64,000 nt of DNA from an uncultured Spirochaetota bacterium (GTDB lineage: Bacteria; Spirochaetota; Spirochaetia; SZUA-6; Fen-1364): assembly GCA_963710335.1 (NCBI GenBank), contig CAVQAA010000005.1:61004-125003 (forward strand), in the 5' to 3' direction. The notes under the pieces were generated by a model. That model was not told where the DNA came from and ran no database searches. It worked only from the letters and a program-made list of their open reading frames with translations. The position numbers and the translations under genes were made by a program. Position 1 is the stretch's first letter; each line of letters starts with the position of its first letter. Of the stretch, positions 44,714 through 53,358 are shown in pieces.

Positions 44714-45691
44714 ATGAACAACTCGATCACCGACATCAAAGGAATCCTCGTGGGCCATGCGCAGGACCGCGCCGCGGGCACCGGATGCACCGTCATCCTC
44801 TGCGAGCTCGGAGCTGCATCGGGGGTTGACGTTCGCGGCGGCTCACCGGGAACGCGGGAAACTGACTGCCTTGCCCCTTCCAGCTCGATCCTCGCGCCAA
44901 ATGCCTTTTATCTGTGCGGTGGAAGCGCGTTCGGGCTTGCGGGGGCAACCGGAGTTCAGAAATATCTCGAGCAAAAAGGGATCGGTTTCGACGCAGGCGT
45001 CGCCCGTGTGCCCATCGTTTGCGGCGCCGTGATCTTCGACCTCAGCGTCGGGGCAGCAGACGTTCGACCGGACGAAGCAATGGGATTCGAGGCTTGCCGG
45101 GCTGCCTCTCTCGACGTTCCCCAGGGAAACGTCGGCGCGGGAACAGGAGCCACCGCCGGATGGGCGGCCGGGCCCGCCCGCAGGATGAAGACGGGACTGG
45201 GCACGGCAAGCCTGCGGACCGACGGCCTGACCGTCGGGGCAATCGTCGTCGTGAACTGCTTCGGAGACGTGGTTGATCCGGCGACCGGTGAAATACTGGC
45301 CGGTACGCTGAACGAAACCGGGGACGGGTTTGCCGAGTCGCAAAAGCTCCTGACCGCGCAACCCATGGAGATCAACTCGTACGCGACGCACAGCACGATA
45401 GGCGTCGTTGCCACCAACGCGAAGCTCGACAAGGGACAAGCCAGCCGTGTTGCCATGATGGCGCATGACGGCTATGCGCGCGCAATCGTTCCTGTCCACA
45501 CCAGCGGAGAGGGAGACCTCGTCTTCTCCATCTGCACGGGGGAAGTGCCCGCCGGGGTCTCCGTGGTTGGCGCCCTGGCCGCTGAGGCAATGACGCAGGC
45601 CATCATCAACGCGGTGAAGCTTTCCGAGTCGGCGTACGGGTATGCAGGCTATTCAGAGACCAGGGAAAAGATGCGAAAAGCGCAGCGCTGA
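44714..45691 (+). CDS. P1/S58 family peptidase (DmpA / beta-aminopeptidase-like)
   Basis: Part of ORF 44675..45691, starting at ATG 44714. Contains ITDIKGILVGHAQD, GTGCTVIL and VDVRGGSPGTRETD. Confidence 0.8.
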   Translation: MNNSITDIKGILVGHAQDRAAGTGCTVILCELGAASGVDVRGGSPGTRETDCLAPSSSILAPNAFYLCGGSAFGLAGATGVQKYLEQKGIGFDAGVARVPIVCGAVIFDLSVGAADVRPDEAMGFEACRAASLDVPQGNVGAGTGATAGWAAGPARRMKTGLGTASLRTDGLTVGAIVVVNCFGDVVDPATGEILAGTLNETGDGFAESQKLLTAQPMEINSYATHSTIGVVATNAKLDKGQASRVAMMAHDGYARAIVPVHTSGEGDLVFSICTGEVPAGVSVVGALAAEAMTQAIINAVKLSESAYGYAGYSETREKMRKAQR

Positions 45692-45698
45692 AAAGTAA

Positions 45699-45720
45699 GG
45701 CGGCCGGAGGTCCGGCCGCC
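45699..45720. terminator. GC-rich hairpin between convergent genes
   Basis: GGCGGCCGG-AGGT-CCGGCCGCC, a perfect 9-bp stem. AAAAGTAA precedes it on the plus strand. There is no clean U-tract downstream on either strand. Confidence 0.5.
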
Positions 45721-45729
45721 CTGCATCCG

Positions 45730-46887
45730 TCAGCGCACTTCCTTGACGAGCTTCTTCTTGCCGTCCTGGATCTCGAAAATATAGGTCGGCTTGTTCGTCG
45801 GGATTCCGTCCTTCATGTCCCAGTTGAACAGGAGGCCGCGGAAGTTCTGCACGTTGGCACAGTAGTCAGCGATCTTCTTCCTCTCCTCCGCCAGCTTTGA
45901 AGGGTCTCCCGTGACGCCCGTCTTTTCAATTGCTTCCTTGATCATGTACAAGGCGTCGTAGTAGTTCGGGGAAAGGCTGAACGGCGCCATGCCGTTGTGG
46001 TCTTTGGCGAATGCCGCCTTGAAGGCGTCCCAGCGGGGGTTGGAGATGTCGAGGTTGATATAATTGTAAACCTGGACGCCGTTCAGGTCCGCGCCGCCGG
46101 TGGAGTAAAGCTGCGCATCATCGGCGCTGCTGAATACGAGGATGTGGTTCATCTTCTTCCAACCGCGGTTCTTCAGCTCCTTGATGATCTTGGCCGCCTT
46201 TTCCGCGTTGCAGACCAGGATGACGCCGTCCGGCTTCTCCTCCATGGCCTTGACCACGAGCGGGCCGAAGGTGACCGCGTTGCTCGGGACCTCCACCTGG
46301 TTCAGCACCTTGATCTTCAGGCTCTGCAGCGCCTTCACATGCGCGTCCGCCATCCCGGGCCATGGGCCGTAGGGCTCGACGAACTGCACGGCCTGCCTGA
46401 TGTCGGTGAACTCGGACGCCCAGGCCACCACGAGCGGCGGGAGCCTGTCCAGGGTTGCGGGGAACCAGGACACCGTCCAGGGGAAGAACTTCTGGGCATA
46501 CTCCAGGGAAGTGGTGGCGGTCATGGACATCATGCCGGCTTCAACGGCAATAGGCATGGAGGCCATGATGACGGGCTCGGGAACCGGCCCCATGGCCACC
46601 AGGCTGTCCTTCACGATCCTGGCCATCTCGACCGAGCCCTTCTGGGGATCCAGCGCGGTGTCGATGGGGACGACCTTGACCGGCTTGCCCGCGATACCGC
46701 CCGACGCGTTGATCTCTTTTGCCGCGTATTCGGCGCCCCACTCCAGGAACTCTCCGATGGCAGCGATGGGCCCTGTCAGACAGTTGAGGAACGGGACTTG
46801 CCACTCGTTCACGACCACTTTTGCCTGGCCGAATCCGAAGGCGGCAGCAAAAAGAACGAGAACAAGCACACCAATCAGCCTTTTCAT
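45730..46887 (-). CDS. ABC transporter substrate-binding protein, Leu/Ile/Val-binding protein family (ligand unknown)
   Basis: Part of ORF 45730..47103. ATG 46887 follows AAGGAGG. Signal peptide MKRLIGVLVLVLFAAAFGFGQA. Contains EYAAKEINASGGIAGKPVKVV. Confidence 0.85.
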   Translation of the reverse strand: MKRLIGVLVLVLFAAAFGFGQAKVVVNEWQVPFLNCLTGPIAAIGEFLEWGAEYAAKEINASGGIAGKPVKVVPIDTALDPQKGSVEMARIVKDSLVAMGPVPEPVIMASMPIAVEAGMMSMTATTSLEYAQKFFPWTVSWFPATLDRLPPLVVAWASEFTDIRQAVQFVEPYGPWPGMADAHVKALQSLKIKVLNQVEVPSNAVTFGPLVVKAMEEKPDGVILVCNAEKAAKIIKELKNRGWKKMNHILVFSSADDAQLYSTGGADLNGVQVYNYINLDISNPRWDAFKAAFAKDHNGMAPFSLSPNYYDALYMIKEAIEKTGVTGDPSKLAEERKKIADYCANVQNFRGLLFNWDMKDGIPTNKPTYIFEIQDGKKKLVKEVR

Positions 46888-47789
46888 GTGACCTCCTTGA
46901 GCGAGATATTCCGTTTCCTTCGTTTTCCCGAAAGAAAGGTTTCGATAGAGCGCACAAAGCGTGGAGTGATGAAGCCCTCCGGCTTCAGAACGAGGACAAG
47001 GATCAGGAGCGCACCGTAGATGACCACCCGCCATTCCTGAATTTCCGGGGGGAACAGGAGCGGAACACCGTACAGAATGGGCGCAATGACCACCGTGCCC
47101 CACAGAGTGGCGTAGCCGCCGACAAAGATGACGGTCATGAAGACCCCAACCAGCGCGAACGTGAAGAAATCGAGATGGAAGCTCTTGTAGATGAAGCCGT
47201 AGAGCACGCCGCTGCCCCCGGCAATCGTGCAGCTGGCCGTCTGCACCAGCATCCCCAGCTTCTTGCGGTTGATACCAAGGGAAGCGGCGAGATCCGGATC
47301 CACGAACACCGCGGAAGCGGCCCGCCCCAGGCGGGAATGATCAAAGCGATGGATGAGCCAGCCGGCCACAAGAACCATCGCATAGAGGATCACGAGAATG
47401 AACACGCGGTGCGACTCTGGATTGCCTCCGATGTTCGGAAGGCCGAACATTCCCATTGTCCCTCCGACGGCGGGCAGGTTCTGGATGACTGTCCGGGTGA
47501 TGAAGATGAAGGTGAACCCGACAATCACCACGGCGAAAGTGGGCGCATCGCCTATGAAAAGGGAAACCGCGTAGCCGATGAGGCCTCCAAGGATGAAGCC
47601 TGCCGCCAGGGCCCATCCGAAAGGCACGTGGAGGCTCATGACAAGGTAGCCGGCCGTGTATCCCGATATCGCCATATTCGCAATGGTAATGAAATGCAGG
47701 TGAGCCACGCGATACGGAAGGTAGAGCGCCCAGCTCATGAGGATGTTCACCGCCGTGATGGAAAGGTAGTAGTAGAGCGGAAGCGGCAC
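46884..47789 (-). CDS. branched-chain amino acid-type ABC transporter permease (LivM-like)
   Basis: 301 aa, polytopic. The stop overlaps the start of the binding-protein gene. Confidence 0.8.
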   Translation of the reverse strand: MPLPLYYYLSITAVNILMSWALYLPYRVAHLHFITIANMAISGYTAGYLVMSLHVPFGWALAAGFILGGLIGYAVSLFIGDAPTFAVVIVGFTFIFITRTVIQNLPAVGGTMGMFGLPNIGGNPESHRVFILVILYAMVLVAGWLIHRFDHSRLGRAASAVFVDPDLAASLGINRKKLGMLVQTASCTIAGGSGVLYGFIYKSFHLDFFTFALVGVFMTVIFVGGYATLWGTVVIAPILYGVPLLFPPEIQEWRVVIYGALLILVLVLKPEGFITPRFVRSIETFLSGKRRKRNISLKEVT

Positions 47790-47800
47790 CTCGTTTCCTC

Positions 47801-48685
47801 CTAGACCTTCGACCCGAAGAGCCCCCGGGGCTTCACCAGGATCACGACAAGCATGATCACGAAGGCGATGGCGTCCGACCAGGTTCCCGAGATGTAGCCC
47901 TGCACAATGGCCTCCAGGATGCCCAGGATGAGCCCGACAACCAGACCTCCTGCCAGGTTCCCCAGCCCGGCGATTATCGAAACGGCAAGGACCTTGTGGG
48001 CCACCTGCTCACCGAGCCCGGGGGAGGCCGAGCCCAGAACCATGGCCAGGAGCAGCGCTATGATACCACCAAGGGTGCCGGAAAGTGCATAACTGGCAAG
48101 CCCCGTTCGCAGCAGGGGAATGCCCACCAGGCGCGCGCCGGTGGGATCCTCCGCTATTGCACGAAACGCGCGTCCGGGGCGCGTCTTGTACAGGATGAAG
48201 AAAACCGCCGACACCGCGACTATTCCCACCGCCAGGGACCATACCTGGCCGGTGAGGACGCTGATGAGGCCGACGCGGAGAAGCGGCGCATCCCCGGCAA
48301 GCTGGTCAGGAAAGGCGATGGGAAGCCCCCTGTTGAACGTGTGCGAAAGCACGTCAGTGATGATCATCCCTATTCCCATGGAGAGGACCATCGTGCTGTT
48401 GATGTCGACTTCGCCCCGTTTCATCATGACCTTCTGGAACAACGGCGCGGAAAGGAGATTCATCGCGATGGAAGAAGCAATTCCGGCAAGAGCTCCGAGC
48501 AGCAGATTGTTGCCAGTGAGCTGGAGGACGATCCAGGTGATATACATGGAAAACACGACGACCTGGGGATAAGAGAAGTGGATGATCATTGCCACCAGAA
48601 GAAGGAGGTTGAACCCTGTCACCAGAAGGACATAAATGCTGCCGAGGGAAAGGCCGTTGATGATCTGTGCAATGAGCTCCTGCAC
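47801..48685 (-). CDS. branched-chain amino acid-type ABC transporter permease (LivH-like)
   Basis: 294 aa, polytopic. Starts MQELIAQIINGLSLGSIYVLL. Confidence 0.8.
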   Translation of the reverse strand: MQELIAQIINGLSLGSIYVLLVTGFNLLLLVAMIIHFSYPQVVVFSMYITWIVLQLTGNNLLLGALAGIASSIAMNLLSAPLFQKVMMKRGEVDINSTMVLSMGIGMIITDVLSHTFNRGLPIAFPDQLAGDAPLLRVGLISVLTGQVWSLAVGIVAVSAVFFILYKTRPGRAFRAIAEDPTGARLVGIPLLRTGLASYALSGTLGGIIALLLAMVLGSASPGLGEQVAHKVLAVSIIAGLGNLAGGLVVGLILGILEAIVQGYISGTWSDAIAFVIMLVVILVKPRGLFGSKV

Positions 48686-48688
48686 GCT

Positions 48689-49411
48689 TTACGCTCCCAG
48701 GTACGCTTCGCGCACACCGGGATCCGAAAGAAGCCGCTCGGCGGTTCCCGAGAGTGTCACGCTGCCTGTTTCCAGGACATAGCCGCGATGGGCGCACCGC
48801 AACGCCTTGTTCGCGTTCTGCTCCGAGAGGAGGATCGTATACCCTTCCTCGTTGAGCCTTTTCAATATCGAAAAGATATCGTTGACGACGATGGGGGCAA
48901 GGCCGATGGACGGCTCATCCACAAGGATCATTCGCGGAGCCGACATCAGCGCCCTGCCGATGGCAAGCATCTGGCGCTCCCCGCCGCTCAGCGTTCGGGC
49001 TATCTGCTTCTTCCGCCCCGCCAGGATGGGGAACCACTCGAACACCCGGCGCAGGTTGGCCTGCACGTTTCGCATGTTGTGGTGGGCACCAAGCAGCAGG
49101 TTATCCAGCACGGTCATGGAAGCGAACACCCCGCGACCTTCCGGGACCAGGCAGATGCCGGCCCTGACATTGCGGTCAGCCGGCAGGCCCCCGATCTCCC
49201 TGCCTTCGAAGATGATGCTTCCCGACTGCAGGGAATTTATGCCGAGCACGGATTCCAGAAGGGTCGTCTTGCCTGCCCCGTTTGCGCCAATCAGCACGAC
49301 AATCTCTCCCGGGAAGACTTCCAGGCTGGCGTCCTTCAGCGCGTTCACGTGCCCGTAGGAAACCGAGAGATGCTGGACTTTCAAGATGGGAGCCCGCTGC
49401 TCACTCGACAC
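48689..49411 (-). CDS. branched-chain amino acid-type ABC transporter ATP-binding protein (LivF-like)
   Basis: Part of ORF 48689..49480. GTG 49411 overlaps the upstream stop. Contains GANGAGKTT, LSGGERQMLAIGRAL and ILVDEPSIGL. Confidence 0.88.
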   Translation of the reverse strand: MSSEQRAPILKVQHLSVSYGHVNALKDASLEVFPGEIVVLIGANGAGKTTLLESVLGINSLQSGSIIFEGREIGGLPADRNVRAGICLVPEGRGVFASMTVLDNLLLGAHHNMRNVQANLRRVFEWFPILAGRKKQIARTLSGGERQMLAIGRALMSAPRMILVDEPSIGLAPIVVNDIFSILKRLNEEGYTILLSEQNANKALRCAHRGYVLETGSVTLSGTAERLLSDPGVREAYLGA

Positions 49412-50201
49412 CGAGATAGGCCTCCAGCACCCGGGGGTCCTTCTGGATCTCGGACGGCAAGCCTTCGGCAATCTTCTCACCGAAGTTCAGCACGGTCACG
49501 CGGTCCGAGAGGTTCATCAGCATTTTCACATCATGGCTGACAACGACGACGGTTACCCCGGTGTCTCTGACCCTCCGGATGATCTCTTCCACCCTTTCGA
49601 TCTCCTTGACGCCCATTCCGGAGGCCGGCTCGTCAAGCAGGAGCAGCCTCGGGTCGGCAATGACTGCCCTGGCGATCTGCACGAGCTGCCGCTCGGTCCA
49701 GACAAGGTCGCCGGCCCACCGTTCGGCGGCGGCCTCCATACCGGTGAGAGCCAGCACGGCGCGCGCTTTCTCCTCTATTTCCGTCTCCCGCCGGGAACGC
49801 AGCAGCGGGGGCCGGAACATGACGTCCATGGCGGACGAGCCAACCGTGTCGTTGATGCCGGCCATGACGTTTTCAAGGACCGACAGGCCGGCGACAATCT
49901 TGCCTGCCTGGAAAGTGCGGCGAATGCCGAGGTTTGCAATGACGTCGGGACGCTGCGTGGTTATGTCGACCAGGCCGAGATGCACGCTGCCGGCATTCGG
50001 CTTGAGAAGCCCGGTGACGCAGTTGAAAAGCGTGGTCTTCCCCGAGCCGTTGGGACCGATAATTCCATGTATGTGACCCCTGGCAACCTCGATATCCACC
50101 CTGTCGAGGGCGGTGATTGCTCCAAAGGACTTGCTGAGCGCAGCGACGCGCAGGATGCGGTCGTCCATAGGGTGCAGGGAGTGTAGGTGATTGGGATTCA
50201 T
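49401..50201 (-). CDS. branched-chain amino acid-type ABC transporter ATP-binding protein (LivG-like)
   Basis: 266 aa with GPNGSGKTT and LLLDEPASGM. ATG 50201 lies 3 nt after the stop of the M20 gene. An alternative start is ATG 50168. Confidence 0.88.
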   Translation of the reverse strand: MNPNHLHSLHPMDDRILRVAALSKSFGAITALDRVDIEVARGHIHGIIGPNGSGKTTLFNCVTGLLKPNAGSVHLGLVDITTQRPDVIANLGIRRTFQAGKIVAGLSVLENVMAGINDTVGSSAMDVMFRPPLLRSRRETEIEEKARAVLALTGMEAAAERWAGDLVWTERQLVQIARAVIADPRLLLLDEPASGMGVKEIERVEEIIRRVRDTGVTVVVVSHDVKMLMNLSDRVTVLNFGEKIAEGLPSEIQKDPRVLEAYLGVE

Positions 50202-50204
50202 CTG

Positions 50205-51434
50205 TCAACGCGAACGAAGAAAGCGCGATGCAGCAACGGCATACACGCACGCGCATTCCATGATCTGTTCGATCTCCACGTATTCGTCCACCTGGTGCGG
50301 AATGTGGCGCGGGCCCGGTCCGTTGACCAGGCAGGGAATCTTCTTCCACGCGCTGAGAAACGTGCCGTCAGTTGCCCCGGGAACCCCGTTCCAGGTTGGC
50401 TCCCGTCCCGTCACGTCGCGGAAAGCCTCCGCGGAGATGCGCGCAATGGGCTCATCTCTCGTGATGCCGACGACGGGCCTGTCTTCAATGAACTCGATCT
50501 CCGCCTTGAAATCCCTATCCTTTGCCGCAAGCTCGCGAAGGATTCCCGACAGCCGCTCCCGCACCGAGTCATGGGACTGCGCAAGAGTGGTTCGGATGTC
50601 CACATACCCGACGGCCTCCCCGGGCACCACGTTCAACTGGGCAGGGCTCCCTGCCGGGGGTGACTGAAGCACGGTAAAAGTGATGGAGGGAAGGCCGATC
50701 AGGGGATCAGCGCCGCAGCGTCTCTTTTCCTCTTCCTCGAACTGCTCGAACGCAAGAATGATGCGGGCCATTCGGGTATTCGGGTTGATGCCGGAGAGAG
50801 GCATGGCGCCGTGCGCCATCTTTCCGTGGACGCGGACAATGGCGCGGATTGCGCCTTTCATTGCAATGCACAGGTTGTTCTCTTCCGGCTCAGGCACCAG
50901 GCACGCGTCCACGTCATCCGCGTGGCCCGAGCGGATGAAGTGCTTGATGCCGATCATCATTCCTTCCTCGTCGCAGACAAAGCCCAGCCGCACCTTGCCC
51001 GCCCAGTCCCCCGCGCACTCTTGCAGGGCCCAGGTCGTGACGAGGGCCACCGCCAGTCCGGCCTTCATGTCGCATGATCCGCGGCCGTAGATTCTCCCGT
51101 CCGCGATATCGCCTCCGAACGGATCATGCGCCCACGCGTCCCTGTTTCCCTCGCTGACCACGTCGGTGTGGCCTTCCAGCATGAGGCAAGGCCCCGTCTT
51201 GCCGGAATCAAGGGTGGCAATGACGTTCTCCCTCCCTTTCTCCGCTTCCTGGACCAGAGGCTCGATGCCGAGCCTGCTGCGAAGCCAGTCGGCAATGAAA
51301 CGGACGACGTTCCGCTCAGTCCCGCCGGATTCCGGCCGTATCACGGAGTCTATTCGCACCAGGTCACGGGTCAGGCCGACCAGCTCCTCTTCATCGATCC
51401 GCTTGAGCAGCCGCTTTTCGGATTCAGTGATCAT
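50205..51434 (-). CDS. M20 family metallo-amidohydrolase (ArgE/DapE/ACY1/CPG2 family)
   Basis: Part of ORF 50205..51464, starting at ATG 51434. Contains LEGHTDVV, GRGSCDMKAG, VCDEEG, VPEPEE and PGATDG. Confidence 0.82.
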   Translation of the reverse strand: MITESEKRLLKRIDEEELVGLTRDLVRIDSVIRPESGGTERNVVRFIADWLRSRLGIEPLVQEAEKGRENVIATLDSGKTGPCLMLEGHTDVVSEGNRDAWAHDPFGGDIADGRIYGRGSCDMKAGLAVALVTTWALQECAGDWAGKVRLGFVCDEEGMMIGIKHFIRSGHADDVDACLVPEPEENNLCIAMKGAIRAIVRVHGKMAHGAMPLSGINPNTRMARIILAFEQFEEEEKRRCGADPLIGLPSITFTVLQSPPAGSPAQLNVVPGEAVGYVDIRTTLAQSHDSVRERLSGILRELAAKDRDFKAEIEFIEDRPVVGITRDEPIARISAEAFRDVTGREPTWNGVPGATDGTFLSAWKKIPCLVNGPGPRHIPHQVDEYVEIEQIMECACVYAVAASRFLRSR

Positions 51435-52365
51435 GTGCCGGATCCTGGGTGTGGATGCGGTCAAAGGTCTTCACGAGACGCGTGACGGTTGCATTCACGG
51501 GAACGGCGATGCCCAGCTCCGCCGCCTCTCTCACGATGGCGCCATTCATGAAATCGATTTCAGACTCACGGGCCCTGTCGAAATCCTGGAGCATGGAGGA
51601 GCGGTTTGCGCCGGTCTTCCCGGCCACCTCGTAGACCGTTGCAAGGGGATCCGCGTACGTGAAGCGCACCCCCCGCGCCCGCGCCACCGCGACCGCCTCC
51701 GCAACGAGGTCCGCCATGACCGCTTTCAGCTCTTCGTGGCGGAGCAGCTCTCCGTTTGTCTTCCCCAGCAGGGCGGTCAGGGCGTTGATCCCCACGTTGA
51801 TCACGAGCTTGCTCCACACAAGGCTGGCGACATCCTTTTCGACGTGCGTCTCGAACCCCGCCTTGCCCAAGGCCTCCGCCAGGGGCGACAGCTTCCTGTT
51901 GTCTCCATCAGCCATGCAAATGTGCGTCGGACCTGTTCCCGCGTGGCGTATGCGGCCCGGTCCCAGGAACGTGGCGCCCTGGGACGTGACGCCCGCGGCG
52001 GTGCGCCCGGGCCCGAAGTGCTTTCTGATGATTGCTTCGTTGCCCAGCCCGTTCTGCAGGGTGAGCGCGACGGTTCGCGGCCCGGCAAGATCCTTGAACT
52101 GCAGCGCTGCCTGCTCGGTGTTGGTGGACTTCACGAACACGATGAAGACGTCGGAGCCCTCCACTGACCGCGGCTCCGTGCTGGCCTCCGGGTGCGCAAG
52201 GACGATGCCGCCCGTGGCCGCCTCCTCGATGACAAGACCGTCCGTGCGGACTTTCTCAACATGCTCGCGGAAAACGTCGTACAGGACGACGTCGTGCCCC
52301 GCAAGAGAAAGCCTGCCGCCAAACAGCGAGCCCATGGCTCCTGACCCGATGATCGAGATCTTCAT
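51424..52365 (-). CDS. panE: 2-dehydropantoate 2-reductase (ketopantoate reductase)
   Basis: 313 aa. N-terminal Rossmann MKISIIGSGAMGSLFGGRL, with the LQNGLGN and KLVINVGINALTAL motifs of the ApbA/PanE family. Confidence 0.85.
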   Translation of the reverse strand: MKISIIGSGAMGSLFGGRLSLAGHDVVLYDVFREHVEKVRTDGLVIEEAATGGIVLAHPEASTEPRSVEGSDVFIVFVKSTNTEQAALQFKDLAGPRTVALTLQNGLGNEAIIRKHFGPGRTAAGVTSQGATFLGPGRIRHAGTGPTHICMADGDNRKLSPLAEALGKAGFETHVEKDVASLVWSKLVINVGINALTALLGKTNGELLRHEELKAVMADLVAEAVAVARARGVRFTYADPLATVYEVAGKTGANRSSMLQDFDRARESEIDFMNGAIVREAAELGIAVPVNATVTRLVKTFDRIHTQDPAHDH

Positions 52366-52422
52366 CGAGCAAAGAGTAGTGACGGTGAGCAGCGAAGTCT
52401 ATATGTCCCAAGGGCTCCCGGC

Positions 52423-53349
52423 TCAGTCTTCGAACGGCATCTCGATATGCTGCAGGTCCCGCGTGAGGAAAGACGCGGGGAAAATCTCCCGGGCTTCCTG
52501 AACGAGCGTTTTCAGCTCCCTGTCCGAATAGCGGGGGCTGTAATGGATCAGGCCCATCGATTTTACGCCTGCTTCCCGCGCGATGCGGGCGGCCTGGGCC
52601 GCGGTGAGGTGCTTCTTTTCGGCTGCCGTCTCGGCCAGCTCCTCGGCGAACATGCCTTCGCAGATCAGGAGGTCTGCGCCGCTCACGAATCCCGCCAGGC
52701 CGGGAGCGGCCACCGTGTCTGTGACAAAGCAGAACTTGCGGCCTTTCCTCTCCTCCCCCATGACCTGCGCCGGCGCGACGGTCGTTCCGTCCGGGAGCCT
52801 CACTGCCTCGCCACCCTGCAGACGCGACCACAGCGGCCCCCTCGGCACCCCGAGGGCCAGTGCCTTGTCCGGAAAAAATATGCCGGGACGCTTCTTTTCC
52901 TCGATGCAGTATCCCAGGCACTGCTTCGTATGCTGAAGCGGAAACGAGCGGATGCCGTACTCCTCGGCCTCGAAGATGGCGCACTTCCCCTCGATTTCCT
53001 TCACGACGATTTCGTAGTTGATGTACATGTCCAGGGTGCGCCGCATGGCTTCGACGAACTCACGGATTTTCGGCGGCCCGTAAATGTACAGAGGCTCGTT
53101 CCTGTCCACCTGGGAAGAGAGCATGAGGATGCCGGGGAGCCCTGTCACGTGGTCAGCGTGCGTATGGGAGATGAAGATGGAGGTGATCTTCTTCCAGCGC
53201 AGGTTCAGCCTGCGCAGGCCGATCTGGGTTCCTTCCCCGCAATCGAAGAGGAAAAGCTCCCCCTCCCGCCGCACCAGGACCGATGTCAGCCCCCTGCCGG
53301 GAAGGGGCATCATTCCGCCCGTTCCGAGAACGAAAACTTCGAGGTTCAT
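52423..53349 (-). CDS. rnz: ribonuclease Z (metallo-beta-lactamase fold)
   Basis: 308 aa. Contains VLGTGGMMP, LFDCGEGTQ and ISHTHADHVTGLPG. Confidence 0.85.
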   Translation of the reverse strand: MNLEVFVLGTGGMMPLPGRGLTSVLVRREGELFLFDCGEGTQIGLRRLNLRWKKITSIFISHTHADHVTGLPGILMLSSQVDRNEPLYIYGPPKIREFVEAMRRTLDMYINYEIVVKEIEGKCAIFEAEEYGIRSFPLQHTKQCLGYCIEEKKRPGIFFPDKALALGVPRGPLWSRLQGGEAVRLPDGTTVAPAQVMGEERKGRKFCFVTDTVAAPGLAGFVSGADLLICEGMFAEELAETAAEKKHLTAAQAARIAREAGVKSMGLIHYSPRYSDRELKTLVQEAREIFPASFLTRDLQHIEMPFED

Positions 53350-53358
53350 GATACGCCT

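Noticed and set aside
47996-49540. 514-aa plus-strand ORF spanning the second Liv-type locus
   Set aside because: It runs antisense across two well-supported genes (a permease and an ATPase) and has no recognisable motifs. It is a shadow ORF.
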